DNA from: Dicyema japonicum | Taxonomy: Eukaryota; Animalia; Dicyemida | NCBI GenBank assembly: GCA_011109175.1 | Contig: RDEW01000031.1 | Coordinates: forward strand, 62,001-126,000 | DNA length: 64,000 bases | Direction of reading: 5' to 3' | Shown: one piece after another, positions 1-12,510 of the stretch | How positions within the stretch are numbered: the first letter of the stretch is position 1 | Layout of the letters: each line of letters opens with the position of its first letter | Translations under genes and position numbers: made by a program | The notes under the pieces: model-generated | Databases searched by the model: none | What the model saw: only the letters and a program-made list of their open reading frames with translations | What the model was told of the DNA's origin: nothing

Positions 1-103
1 ATTTTTCATAGTTTTTGTTGGTGGCCTGCGCTTTCCACAGCCAGGTCCGCCAAATTCCGTAAATCCACTTTCAGCAGTGTATATAGGTTGTTCAGACGTG
101 CGA

Positions 104-1071
104 TTATTTACTTAGCTCCCGAGATACCGTCTCGGAAACTCCTGGCTTGCTCTGCTTAAGTTTCCGTGTAGCACTCCACTCCACCGACCCATCCTGAATA
201 TGTGATGTGTTGGTCCACTTCATCTCTTGTGTTGGCTTGATTGCTTCCTTTCTAGACTCTGTCTGCATGGGAATCATTTTCTTGAATGCCTCTTTCATAG
301 CAGGACATCCTTTGTAACGGGCATTATGTCTTTTTATTCCTCCACAATTAATACAATTTGTCTCCACGTTTGGAGAAAATTCACACACTACAAGGTCGTG
401 TTCCCCTCCACACTTGAGGCACCTCTTCTTCATGCAATGTGCGGCGATGTGACCTGTGGCCTCCGAATTACTACTAACCGAGGCCTTCGCCATTGGCATA
501 GGCTGCGATCCTCTTGACATTCGGGTTACCTACGAAGTTGAGGGAGCCATTTCCTGAAGGTAACCCAAGAGGTCGTCCTCACTTACCCAGAAAGGGATGT
601 TCCTGAGGACAATCTCACACGGTCTTGTAAAGGAATGTTCTAAATTGGTGGTTGTCAGTTCCAAAAAGACAGGTCTCATTTATGGCCTCCATATAAATGG
701 CCATGTGGAAACTGTCCCGGAAATCTACTCGGAAGGAGCCCGTCCTCTAGGCTCATCTTCAAAGATCCGTATTGGTCATAATATTGTAGAATATTCGCAA
801 TTTTTATCGCACTCATAGTAGAATGAACTGTGATCAATAGAGTCCTGTTGTCTATAGGATCAGCTTTCATTGGTTCGTCCGTAGGTTTGGACACTTCCGT
901 GGGGTCGTGTTTCGTAGGATCATTCGCAGGTTTAGCAGGTTCTGCATTATTCGGCGTCTTGTTATCCAAAACGAATGACTCAGCTGTAGCACTTCCCGGA
1001 GGACGAGAAGAGCTGCTGGCTTTCAATGTTGTGGCTTTCGTGGTCGTTCTTTTTCCTCTAGCAATAACCAT
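104..1071 (-). mobile_element. Decayed ORF1 (gag-like, CCHC zinc knuckles) of a non-LTR retrotransposon, frameshifted
   Basis: ORF 104..520 has CLKCGGEHDLVVC followed by CINCGGIKRHNARYKGCP, the paired knuckles typical of I/Jockey-group ORF1; upstream ORF 676..1071 on the same strand is the likely N-terminal part. Confidence 0.75.
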
Positions 1072-2622
1072 TAAAATTTTTTATTTTTTATTTTTATTTA
1101 TTTCTTTTTTTATTAAATAATTATGCGAATGATCCTACGAAACACGAATTTTAAGGAAAACGTAGGACGTATGTCCGAAGGCTACAGATATTACAAGGCG
1201 GGATGAACAAACATCACAGAGAGGTTAAGCATGCCTGACACTTATTTTTTAGCTTCTAGCACCTGAACAGCAAAAAGGCTGTTCGGATCGAATGTGTCCG
1301 TACACATAACATCCCAGACTAGAGTTCTCTTAGCTAAATCGCATGGATGGCCGTTCAAGACTAGTTTGTTAATACTTAACTTGAGATGTTGAGTCAGTCG
1401 CCATTTTCAAAAATTCAAAATTAGAAATTTCACATTTGCTCCTGTTCAATTCACGACCAATTTTAGACAAAGCGGAAATCATGTTTTTCTGAATCTAAAA
1501 GGCGGTATTTTGGGACCTCCAAGGATCGTATCGTTAGATACCAAAATTCAACAGCGAATAAAGAACATAGGTAATTTTAAAGAACATAGATGAAAGAAGA
1601 GGTCCTAACGGGTCTTTTATCTGGACTTTGGAGGACGAGGAAATTGTCGAGGAAATTGTCAATTAACAAAGGTGGACTAGACTCTATAGAATTAGGTGAT
1701 CCAACAGAAAATATCGGGCCTTCTGTCTATACAAGGCTCCAAAATATTATTCTTTCTTATATTGTTGAATGCGTTCTTGGAGTCTTACTTTAAGAGAAAA
1801 TTTTCGCGAGAATTTTGCGAGCAACTATTTTTGAGTTTTACAACCGAACTGTACTCTAACTCCGGCTTAAAAATGGCTTTGGGAATACACAGTCAGGAAA
1901 ATAGAAATTGTGCAGGCGATCATGCAGCCAATATTCTGAAGACAAGGGCGACTGCAGTTGGAAGACTTTGCCTCGCTTATTATCCATGGTGGACAGAATT
2001 TGTTGCATCAGACTTCCGGATAAATCTGTTTTCTAAACAAAGTAAAGGATTAGATGTTGTTTTTCATGTTACTACAGAAAGACTCCTTTAAATCTCAAAC
2101 ACGTTCCCTGATATACCGAGAGTAAAAGGAACAAAACTGAATAACCTTACTCAATCGGATAAAGAGTTAGGGCAGATAATGTCTTCAATTGTTAGAAAGG
2201 CATCAGCAACAAAGAGGCGCTTAGACATTGGAATCCTTACCGGAATAGTTAGGGAATTCTGTAATTAAACTGAGAATTGACTCTGGGTCTAAGGTGCGAA
2301 TATATCATCCTTCATTTTATCATGAGGAATCTCTCTGTCGAGACATGAAGGAAAAAGGAATGACAGAGTTACATGCGAACACAATCGAAATGAAAGAAGT
2401 TTCCACAGTTTGTAAAAAACATACCTCTTTTTCGCATGTCGGTCTGGCTGCAGAATGAGCACTTAACAAGTACTGTTGCAAACACGACTATACACGTTTT
2501 TATGTCTTCTTTTCTACTTTTCTTTTCACCCAATATATTGTGCGTGATTATTTTTAATTTTCATTATTTGATTATTTCATATGACATTAATTTTTCTTCA
2601 ATATACTGAAAACTATTTTTAA

Positions 2623-2900
2623 GATGAGCCTTAAGTATCAATAGTCGCGGATCCGGATTCCTTAGGGTCTGTAAGGAAGATGGAAACCCGCTTGATCTGT
2701 CCTTCTCTAAGGCAAAAGAAAGTCGATTGGTTAGGAAATCCCCTCCCCAATCTGATTCCTCTGCAGGGATGAGAGAAGGCTCTTTTACTATGTAGTGAGA
2801 ACAAGGGGAGACCACAGACGTTGATGACTCGTTTGATTGCGGGAACTTGGATTACCTAACTGTTTGACGTTTTTTTCTGTCTTTCTCGGTGATCCCGGAG
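2623..2900 (+). mobile_element. 3' half of short non-autonomous retroelement family 2
   Basis: Homologous in reverse orientation to 60168-60330 and 26470-26730; ends in CTCGG-TGATC-CCGGA stem-loop followed by AT-rich sequence. Confidence 0.65.
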
Positions 2901-3979
2901 ATCTAAATTACTACTACATAGAATGTCGTCACTATAGATATGGATCATAAAACTGTAAAAATTGGGAATGAAAATATAGTTAATTTTCTATGGTAAATCT
3001 TGAAACGGCTATTCTTAGCATCATTTTAGTTGTCACTGTGACGAAAATAAATGTATCAGATCCATGAACTTTTTTCTATTTATTCATAAAAAACAATCTG
3101 ATCTCAAGGTTCCAAGTTATTTTAAATTAAAATTCATAAAATGGAAGAAAAATCAAGTTTTTAAGAGAGCTAAACGTTGCCGCAGCTTTAGAATGGTGGG
3201 TGTTATTTAAAAGCCATCAGAATTACTTCTAATGAACTTACCTTAATGGATTGAAAATGACAACCTATTAGATTTCACCATCATTTAATACACATAATCT
3301 CTTAAAGAAAACTCCCTATACAAGAAATGACTCAAAATTCGAAGGCATTGTCAACATTTTTGTGCTTCATAATAGGACAAGAAGCTATCCAATTAGAATA
3401 AGGCATTATCCATTCTCCTAAATGCTTTAACTGAAACAACTATAGACCCCTAGTCAGGTTCCCCAAAGCCAAATGTTCTAAAATCCTTAGTCGTACTCGC
3501 TTCATCTTCAAAAACTGATATTTGAACTGTAAATTCGAAGGAAGTGCATCAAGTTACGTAAAACAAAATTTTATGTGTAAAAAATTTCGGTCTATCACTG
3601 GTGGGACATTTGTAGTCATTGGTTCAACAAATAGGATTTTGTAAAAAAATTGAATGGTTTGATAGCAATGAAGTTGAGAAAATTGCAATCCAAATGGACT
3701 CCTTTATTTAAAGAAAAAATACCTGCTGCTAGGCTGCTATTTCCAAAGAGAACCTTTATGAAAAATGAAAAAGTTCGAATAAGAACAAATTCCGTGATTT
3801 TCATATCAATTGTCTAAAAAACTAACGTACGCTACTGGATGTTTCAATAAATTCCGTGGAAAAGCCAATTTAGATATATTAGAGGTAGTATATCTGATTC
3901 TGAGAGGTCCAGTCTTTCAGAAAATTAACCCCAATACTAAAATTCTTGCTATCTAATATATATTCTGTTAGGTAGAGGA

Positions 3980-4600
3980 TAATGAGGTAGCTGTATAGAT
4001 AAAAGCCGAAAAGGCAGACATCGTTGGCATAAATAAATCGAAAATCAAACGTAGAGAAGCTCTAAACTGTAGCAAGGTGGATAAAATACATGTCGCTTTT
4101 CTATTGTAAAAAATCTGAGAACTCGAAACCCGAATTTCGCTGATTCAATGCAATACGAATTCATGTAAATTAAAGTATGCTGTGCCTCTACGTGGATCAA
4201 AATTGAGAGCCTCTACTCAAAGTCTCTTAATTGTCGTTTCGTTTTGATTGAAAAATTCTTTTCTTCAAACAGAGATATCATCATTTTTGGAGATTTAAAG
4301 AATACAAACTTCGGGTGTGTAAAGTTCAATTATGATGGACGTTTGTTAAAGAATCTATTGGACATCTCGGATTTGAAGTTAATCATAACTATCCTAGTGG
4401 CAAAGATAAACTTGGTTATAACTTATGTGGAATACCCGACTATTTTAAAAGATAAGGGGAGGGACCAAATACAGCAAAAGATGAATATTACTATAAAAAT
4501 TGGAAAACTGCTAATGTTTTCCTCAGATATAAAATTGGAAGAATTGACTGGGAGACGTTTATCTCACTTGGTTTATATGAGGACTTAAGGAAAATAACTA
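3980..4600 (+). mobile_element. Decayed APE-type endonuclease region of a LINE
   Basis: ADIVGINKSK (DIVAIQETK-like) and IIIFGDLKNTNFG...GRLLKNLLDISDL (GDFNA...G..L motif) in ORF 4244..4588. Confidence 0.6.
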
Positions 4601-5309
4601 CGATTAACAATTTTGATGTCACTAACCTCTTAAAGAACTATCTCCCTAGTCTTTACTTCCCTCGTTTAGAATATCAATCCATAGTGAGCATTCTAAATGG
4701 TGATCCCGTACAGACATCTTCAAGACAAACGAAATACAAATTAATGAAAAATCCGAGAAATTTATTGTAATTGATGGTCGATTATACCTCAAAGACGGAA
4801 AATATGAAAACCTGATAGACACTAAATCCCTATGCGGACTTCATCCGCTGTTCTTCAGATAGACACAACGTTTATCAAACAAAGTATGATTTTTCTATTG
4901 GAAAAGAGGTACTTTTAGTGAATAAATTTAGATACGAGTTTTAAAGGATTATGGGACAAATCCATCGCTAAGGTTAAGCAGATTTGAGTCTCCAAATGAA
5001 GAGCTAAGTAAAATTACTCAAATTTTGTCTAACAACCGAATAGAGTTTTATTTAATTTTTATCACAGATTAAGGCAGGATCAGGAAATTGAAAATAGTCA
5101 ACATGAATCGAGTCAAGAAAATATAGACTTTAAAAAAATTCTTGATTTTTGATTAGAAACCAATTAATGTTGATTTAATGACAGGTGACATGTCGTAAAA
5201 TCTTTGATTTTTGATTAGAAACGACAGGTGACATGTCGATTGACAGGTGAAATATAACAAGCACTGGATGGGTAGCGGGACGCGACATATTATATCATTT
5301 TTCGTCTAA

Positions 5310-5420
5310 GAAATCGGATTTCTACACCAACAGGAGATCCACACGAACGCTACAAGCTATCTCGTTCGCCATCCTGAGAGGGAATAGACACGCAGGGTGG
5401 CCGCTGTATGATCATTCTGG
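5310..5420 (+). mobile_element. CRE-clade retrotransposon 3' end fragment
   Basis: Encodes ISFAILRGNRHA; nucleotide similarity to 9895-10015 and to the reverse complement of 38480-38600. Confidence 0.7.
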
Positions 5421-5639
5421 ATAGTTAAGCTGGATTATTTTGATTGTTAAAAAAATTATATAATTTTGTCCATTATCCAATCATTAATACGAATATTACC
5501 AAAATATTTTATAATTTCACCAATTCTTGACTATAAAACCAGTAATTCGTAATAAATTTTTACATTAACGAGTATAATTAAAAGATACCAAGGGCAAATG
5601 AAAATTTAACATAAAAAACGAAAACCAAAATTAATTAAA

Positions 5640-7434
5640 TTAACGTCCCAATTCATTCAGGTACGAGGCGAAAGTCTTCATCTAAAATTTAATTAAAGAA
5701 ACATATCAAACCCCATTCATGTAATTTGATAAATCAAGCTTTTCATTTTGTGAGTGTGCCCCGTCATCGCCACGACCACAAGGAATCAATACCACACTAG
5801 TTTCTGTGGCACGTTCAACGTCAAAAACAATTGGAATACTCCCACCTTCACGAATAAAGTCAGGCTCAATTCCATAAACTAAAATTTTCACTACACTCTT
5901 TAACCTTCAAGAATCGCCTTCCGGGCAGCCTCAAAATTTTTATCTCCAATTTTTCCTAACCAATATCCCCCATGATGAAGAGGATATACACTAAATTATT
6001 AATTTATGAAAAAATCACCTCATTTCAGTGGATGAATTGAGCGTAGAATGAACTTCAGCACAAAAGTTCTGCACTTTTTCGATTATATCTTCATTCTGCA
6101 TATGGGGAACAGTTCTGATGGAGAATTTACCTTTGACACAAGCCGGAATCACAGTTTTGCATCCGGGTTCAGAAAAGGCTCCCTCAATTCCTAGAAATAA
6201 TCACAAAACAAACCGTGAATTGAAAGAGACGGATATCTCATCCGATTCATCAAAGTTTGGGTTTTTCCATTAATAATTTTTGAGCATCCAATTTCACTTC
6301 TGTATTCTTCCTAGTATGAATCAATATATAAATTTAAACCATGTCGAAATCAATGTTTTCATATTGAGAAGATTCCTCCTCAGTTAAAGGGTCGACATTA
6401 TCATAAATATTTGGAATATTGATTTTCCCGTCGGATGAGACAAGAGCCGACATGATGTGCATTAAATCAATACAAGCTTCATTTCTAAAATTGCTAAATT
6501 ATTAAGCATACACAGTCCCTCCAAAACTGCCGGAATGAAGATCCTTACGAGCACAGTTAACTTTAATTTCAAAATATATGCATCCCCTAATATTAAGTTG
6601 CTATGACTACCTCAATCCATATGTAATACATGGCTTCTTGGTTCCGAGCCAATAGTTGTCAGAAATGCAAGCATAATCAACACCCTAAAAGAATCATAGA
6701 AAGGCATACGCTGAAAAAATCATTTTTGCGGTCACTGATAATTTTGCTTAATCCAAGTGATCCACTTTCCTCCATTCCCTCAAAGCAAAACTATAAATGA
6801 ATAAATTTAAAAACTTTTATGTTCACAGGGAGCTCATTTCCAGTATTTTGAAAGGCCTCAATAACGTTGAGCCAGCACAGAACAGGACCCTAAATGATTA
6901 GAATAAAGTTTCACTTTGTCGTCGGAAGATCCCCTTCCCAATAACTTTCCATCAACATTTGTCAGCACAAATGGATCAGTATTCCACCCATCCTCCTAAA
7001 AGAGTAAATAAAAACAGTAAAAAAAAAATATATACTGAAATTGCTTTACATACCAATTTGGCTGGCTGAACGTCAAGATGGCCATAAATCAAAACAGTTT
7101 TTGCATTCGGCTTTTTGCTTAGCAAAGTAGCCAGAATTACTGGAGGCAAATCTTGTTTTCGTCCATCAGGATACGCTTGCTGTTCCTCGTGTCTCACTAG
7201 CTCCACACTGGCTCCCAAATCTTGTAGCATCTAAATATACTTAGAATGAGCAAATACATTGCTACAAATCTCCATCATTTTCATCACTTCTCCTCGTGTT
7301 TCGTACCATGCGGAGACACTTTTGACTGCCACAGCATCTGCAAGTTTTCTTACAAACTTCTTTTCATTTTTATCAATATATCTGAAACAAATTAATACAA
7401 CAAACAACTTGTAGACACTACTCAATTCAGACAT
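5640..7434 (-). CDS. CNDP2: Cytosolic non-specific dipeptidase (M20A family), multi-exon with micro-introns
   Basis: Spliced translation has YGHLDVQPA, GRGSSDDK, FEGMEESGS, ISDNYWLG, GIEPDFIREGGSIP and GAHSQNEKL, and ends MKTFASYLNELGR*; the metal-ligand motifs read are intact. Confidence 0.95.
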
Positions 7435-8549
7435 GTGTGCTTATGAAGTTTACTAATCTATTTATCTTTTTTAATTAAAATATAATAAAAATGATTTGTA
7501 AAATTAATTTTATTTAATAAAAATTATTCAAAAGTACTATTTTGACTTTTTGATAAATTTTATTAAATTACATCATTGTGAGTGTGCTTCTTCATCTCCA
7601 TTACCAAGATAACATCTGTCCAAGGATTTTTTGTTTGTTCCACTCGCCGTTGAGACGTCTGGTTCCCTTGCGAAGGAATGCAGACAGATGCTTTAATGGT
7701 ACTTAAAATTAGTCAACATATTTAATTGGATTTTAATACATAAAATCTTAAGATTATTGATTTAAATTTGAATAAGATATTTATGATTTCAATAATTTAG
7801 GAGATCTACATATTATATAACTTTATCATTAGTCTTCCCCACTCCACTGGAGAGGTTTCCACAACTGCATGTAATGGACGTCTTACCTTTTATACTGATT
7901 CCGGATGGACTCTGTTAATTATCCGGGGTTAATAACTTTATGATAGAATTTAATCTAATTTATTTGATAACTCGAGATATAGTGGAAAGAGGATTATAGT
8001 AAATTAATTTCTACTAAAGGTATGTCCAATTCCTACGATCTGAGTTAGATACATCGTGTTCAAACATCACGGCCATCCATTGTGGGAACCCCTCTACTAT
8101 AGTAGTGAAGAGGTAGATCTTTTTTGAATACCTTCCATGGATTATGTGTCCCCTGAGTCAGATAAATAATCTCAATATTCGAATTTTAATTGTCATTAAA
8201 TCATTTTATTATTTAAATTTTGATAGAGCTGTTTAATCCGCTAATGCTATAAAGTGGATTTAATAATTATGAAAATACTCATTTCTTAACTATTAAAGAA
8301 ATTCATTTGAAAAATCAAGGATGATGATTAAAGAGGTATCGGATAGCTTAGGTAAATCTCTCTTAGGCCTTTTCAAATTTGGGCAAGTCGAAAAATCTTG
8401 TTAATTCGAATGGTCGTAAAACCTGATAAAAAAGCCTTTAAGTTATTGTTTAATGTCATTACGGTTACACTAAAATAAACGTTACAATAATTGACTTTTT
8501 TTTCTTTTTAATTTATTAAGCCAATTATTTGTTGAGGTGGTGACAACGC

Positions 8550-8990
8550 CTCTATTGCACTATGTCTTATTCGTATTCCTTACCGACTTCTCCGTTCACT
8601 CTGGGATCTTTTAATTACAAAGGACTTAAACAACCTTACAAGAAACACCAACTGGCATGCGATCTAACAAAATACGACGTCTCTGTCTGCTGTCTACAAG
8701 AGACAAAAACGACCGTACAATTTACAGAACTGTTTAGAAAATTCCACCTTTTTACCCTCTCATCAGCCTGCCGACATTATGATCTCGGATTTGAAGTCCG
8801 TCAGGACCTGATTCACGGTGTTACAAGAGTGTGGGCAGCATCTAACATTATAATGAAAATGGCGAACGACTTAGAATATCTAAGAGAACTAGCGCGCAAC
8901 AAAGGATCATGGTCGGGGCTGACGGGGAGGATGATTAGGAATACGGCACAAGGGAAACTTAACTAATTTTATGTTTTCTCGGAAGTATTA
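8550..8990 (+). mobile_element. Internally deleted RTE-clade LINE (endonuclease N-terminus fused to the extreme C-terminus)
   Basis: LGSFNYKGL...DVSVCCLQETK (RTE endonuclease start) runs directly into LEYLRELARNKGSWSGLTGRM (RTE C-terminal end) with no RT. Confidence 0.75.
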
Positions 8991-9060
8991 GCAATTAGCA
9001 ATTTAATGACTAATCAAAAAAAAAGACAAGAATTAGCAATTAGCAATTTAATGACTAATC
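8987..9060. repeat. 29-bp perfect direct repeat flanking a 16-bp A-rich filler
   Basis: ATTAGCAATTAGCAATTTAATGACTAATC at 8987-9015 and 9032-9060. Confidence 0.9.
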
Positions 9061-9894
9061 TCAGAATCGAGATGCATTTCTCTTGACAATTTGCAAGGAA
9101 ATGCGCTCAATTAGCTAGCTCCTTTCTCTTTTATTATATTTCATAATCACGATGAGCGGTCCTATTCTGTTTAACAGGGTCAGTGATCTTTATTATCTTT
9201 ATTATTAATACAAAATAAAATAAAAAGTTAATACAGCAGCCCTGACTGACTTTATTTAACATGTAACCGTAGCGGCATGCGACATTTAATTAGCCTAGTC
9301 TGCTTCAACAAAAATAACATAAAAGGATCGCTTAGAAAAAGAACTGTTCAATCCGATTAATCTATGGAGTCTTAAAAAGAACGTATGCAAATCAGTTAAT
9401 TGTTTCTGGCTGCTTACATTGAAAACAGCATGTGCTAGTTTGGTTCCCTAGACATATTGCCTCAAAAAAATCGTCTGGAATATAAAATTGAAAAAATTTA
9501 GGAACAAATAAAGTTTTTTAATGTATTTGGAACGAGTTCACTTTACGCATTTCGATAGCTATGTTACGTCCTATGAGATGAATTTTTTTAGATTTGCCTT
9601 TTCTAAATAAGTACACTCTCAATTGTTATTCAATTAATCGATAAAACCTTCATGTGTTTTTTGAGAATCACATTATACAATCGAGAAGATTTTCAGTTGA
9701 ACGCCGTAAAATAGCTTAGCTTTTTACAAAAAAAACATTTTGTTCTTGTGATTTCTCTATTTCGGCGGTTTAAAAAATTTTAAAGTTAAATCTAATGATC
9801 ATATAATTTTAATTAACTTGAATTTTTGTAAATGATAAAATAATGTTAACATTCAATAATTATATAAATCATAGCTGGCATATTTAATCTTGAA

Positions 9895-10015
9895 TCGTCC
9901 AGGGAATCGGATCGCTACACGAACAGGAGACCCTCGTGAGCGCTGCTGGTTATTTGAACGAATCTCGCTCGCTATCCTGAGAGGGAATAGCCACGCAGTC
10001 AGCCGCTATATAACC
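9895..10015 (+). mobile_element. CRE-clade 3' end fragment
   Basis: TGDPRERCWLFERISLAILRGNSHA. Confidence 0.75.
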
Positions 10016-10067
10016 GTTTACTCTCTTTTTTGAATATAAAGATTTATTTTAATTTAATAAGATCATC

Positions 10068-10260
10068 GGGAGCCGTTGGTCCAATGACGGCTGAATTCTT
10101 GCAAGAACTCGGAGGATTGCTTGCCAGAAAGAAAAGGGATCAACGAGAAGGGTTATGGCTAAGACAAAAGATTGGAATAGCCATACTCCGAAGGAACTCG
10201 TTCGCAATCCACGCAGCAGGCTTCCTCAACTGACATTTGTTTAATTGTTAAAAAAAAAAT
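10068..10260 (+). mobile_element. CRE-clade 3' end with A-rich tail (left arm of an inverted pair)
   Basis: GAVGPMTAEFLQELGGLL...REGLWLRQKIGIAILRRNSFAI; about 96% identical to the reverse complement of 12088-12274. Confidence 0.85.
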
Positions 10261-10520
10261 TTAATAAGATTAAAATTATAATAAAATATCTGAAATATAT
10301 TCGATTTGTCTAAACATTATCAAATCATGTTTTAGTTTCAATAGAAACAGTTGCCTTGCAATTAGATTATTGTGCGTTTCAACATTTTAATGTAAATTTT
10401 GATCTTTATTTCGAGCCAGATTATTTTACAATTTTTTAAACAAATTCAATAACTTTTTAAAGAAAAGTCAGATATAAATTTGAGGAAGAGACTCATAAAA
10501 ATTAGAATTTTTAACAGTTG

Positions 10521-11915
10521 ATGGAAATAAACGTATCTTTAACCAGAAGTTCAAATCGAAAAAGTTCAAAGATAAACTCAGGTAGAAAATCATCAATAAT
10601 TTGGAATCAACCAAATACATTTTACATCAATGCAAAAAACGGAGAAAATATGTAAAATATTTTTAATATAATTTGACAGGGTTGAAGAATTTTTATCCTC
10701 CTTAGGATGGACAAAAACCGACAACAAATATGACCGTCATCTCAAAATGGTTTGGGTTGAATGTAAATCTTATTATAATTACAAGATAAAAGGTTTAATT
10801 GGTTTTTGATATAATTAGGAAATTATTTAATCAATCATATTGAGAATTGTGAATTACTATGTAATAAAATCAACTTATTTATCAATTTATCGGAATATGA
10901 AAGGTGCTTACTTTCTGCAGGAAGAACGCCAATTATCAGAATAAATCAATTTTTTCCAGAAACATATAAAATTGGGAATTTAAAAGAATTTGAAGATTTT
11001 TGTGATAAAAAATATAATGGTTCGTATTTGATTAAAGCACAACTCATTAGGAGAGATTTGGATTTGTAAACCAGAAAATTTAAATCAAGGAATTGGAATT
11101 TCCTTGATAAGAACAAGAGAAGAATTAATTGAAAAATTCAATTTTTTAAAAAATCACAATAATTCATATAAAAAATGCAAGCTATTACAAAGGTTTATAT
11201 TTTAATTTTTTTAAAAGATATATTAAAAGTCCTTTACTTCTTGAAGGCAAAAAATTTGATATTCGAAGTTACATGATAATTGCATGCACTAAACCTTTTA
11301 TTGTTTTATACAGTGGAGGTTATGTAAGGTTGAGCTGTAAAAAATATGATATTAATGACAATAATCTTGAAACTCATTTAACAAATCAGGTATTAAGAAA
11401 TATCTATGTTAAGTACATGCAAAAAAATCCTATGTATAATGAAATTAAAGAAGACACTGTTTGGTCAATGAATAAGTTTAATGAATATATTAACATTAAT
11501 TTTGAAACAAATTCTCTCATTGAAAATGACTGGGTTTTCAAGAAATTAGAAGTTTTAATTTTTTTAATTATTTTAAAGAAAAGAATGAAAAAAATTTGTC
11601 TTCACTGCTTCAATTCTGTTCAAAGCCGTCTTAAATCTGACTATGGATTTTTCGAAATTTTTGGATTAGATTTTATTATTGATGAAGATTTTAAAATTTA
11701 TTTATTGGAAATTAATACTAACCCATCTTTCGCAGTAAATTGTCAATCGCTTTCAGATGTAATTCCGAATCTCATTAAGGAAGCTATCGGTAAATAATTT
11801 TTTTATTCAAGATATTTCCGTCGAATGCTTTGATAAAACAAAAAGAAACAAAAATGTTTTCCCAATTAAATCAATTAAAAAGTTTCAAGTTTTATATCAC
11901 GAGAAATCTTCTTAA
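10521..11915 (+). CDS. TTLL10: Tubulin-tyrosine-ligase-like polyglycylase, TTLL10-like, multi-exon
   Basis: WICKPENLNQGIG, RYIKSPLLLEGKKFDIRSYMIIAC, HLTNQ/YMQK..P.Y..IKEDTVWSM, DWVFKKLEKRM and FGLDFIIDEDFKIYLLEINTNP match the recalled TTLL10 sequence. Confidence 0.88.
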
Positions 11916-12087
11916 ACAGTGGGCCCAAAAAGTCATGGCACCACTTTAATAAATTTTAATATTTTACATTTTTACCAATAAAATATAAAGTATTTTTACT
12001 TTTAATCATTTTTTACAAAATTAAAAAGCATTAGAATATAGAAAATAATTTTAAATCATTAAAATTTAGATAATTTTTTTTATATAA

Positions 12088-12274
12088 TTTTTTAACAATT
12101 AAACAAATTTCAGTTGAGGAAGCTGCTGCGTGGATTGCGAACGAGTTCCCTCGGAGTATGGTTATTACAATCTTTTGTCTTAGCCATAACCCTTCTCGTT
12201 GATCTCTTTTCTTTCTGGCAAGCAATCCTCCGAGTTCTCGCAAGAACTCAGCCGTCATTGGACCAACGGCTCCC
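12088..12274 (-). mobile_element. CRE-clade 3' end (right arm of the inverted pair)
   Basis: Reverse complement of 10068-10255 with 8 differences; same 5' breakpoint GGGAGCCG. Confidence 0.85.
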
Positions 12275-12510
12275 ATAATAGGCTTATTTATTTCTTGCTT
12301 CAATGCCTTCCATAAAGTCTCCATTTTTTCTTAATATTGGGATGACATGGAGAGTACTGGTACCATTACTATATCTGGAGAATACAAATAGTTCATGATT
12401 TCTCGTTTTGTGGATTAAAACCTATAATTGGATAATTGATTAACAAAAAACAATTTTAAACATTTTAGTATCATTTTAGGGTCAAAAAGTGTTGGCACTC
12501 TTTATGACTA

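Noticed and set aside
830-1120. Hydrophobic membrane-protein-like ORF
   Set aside because: Antisense shadow of the retrotransposon ORF1 running into a T-rich tract.
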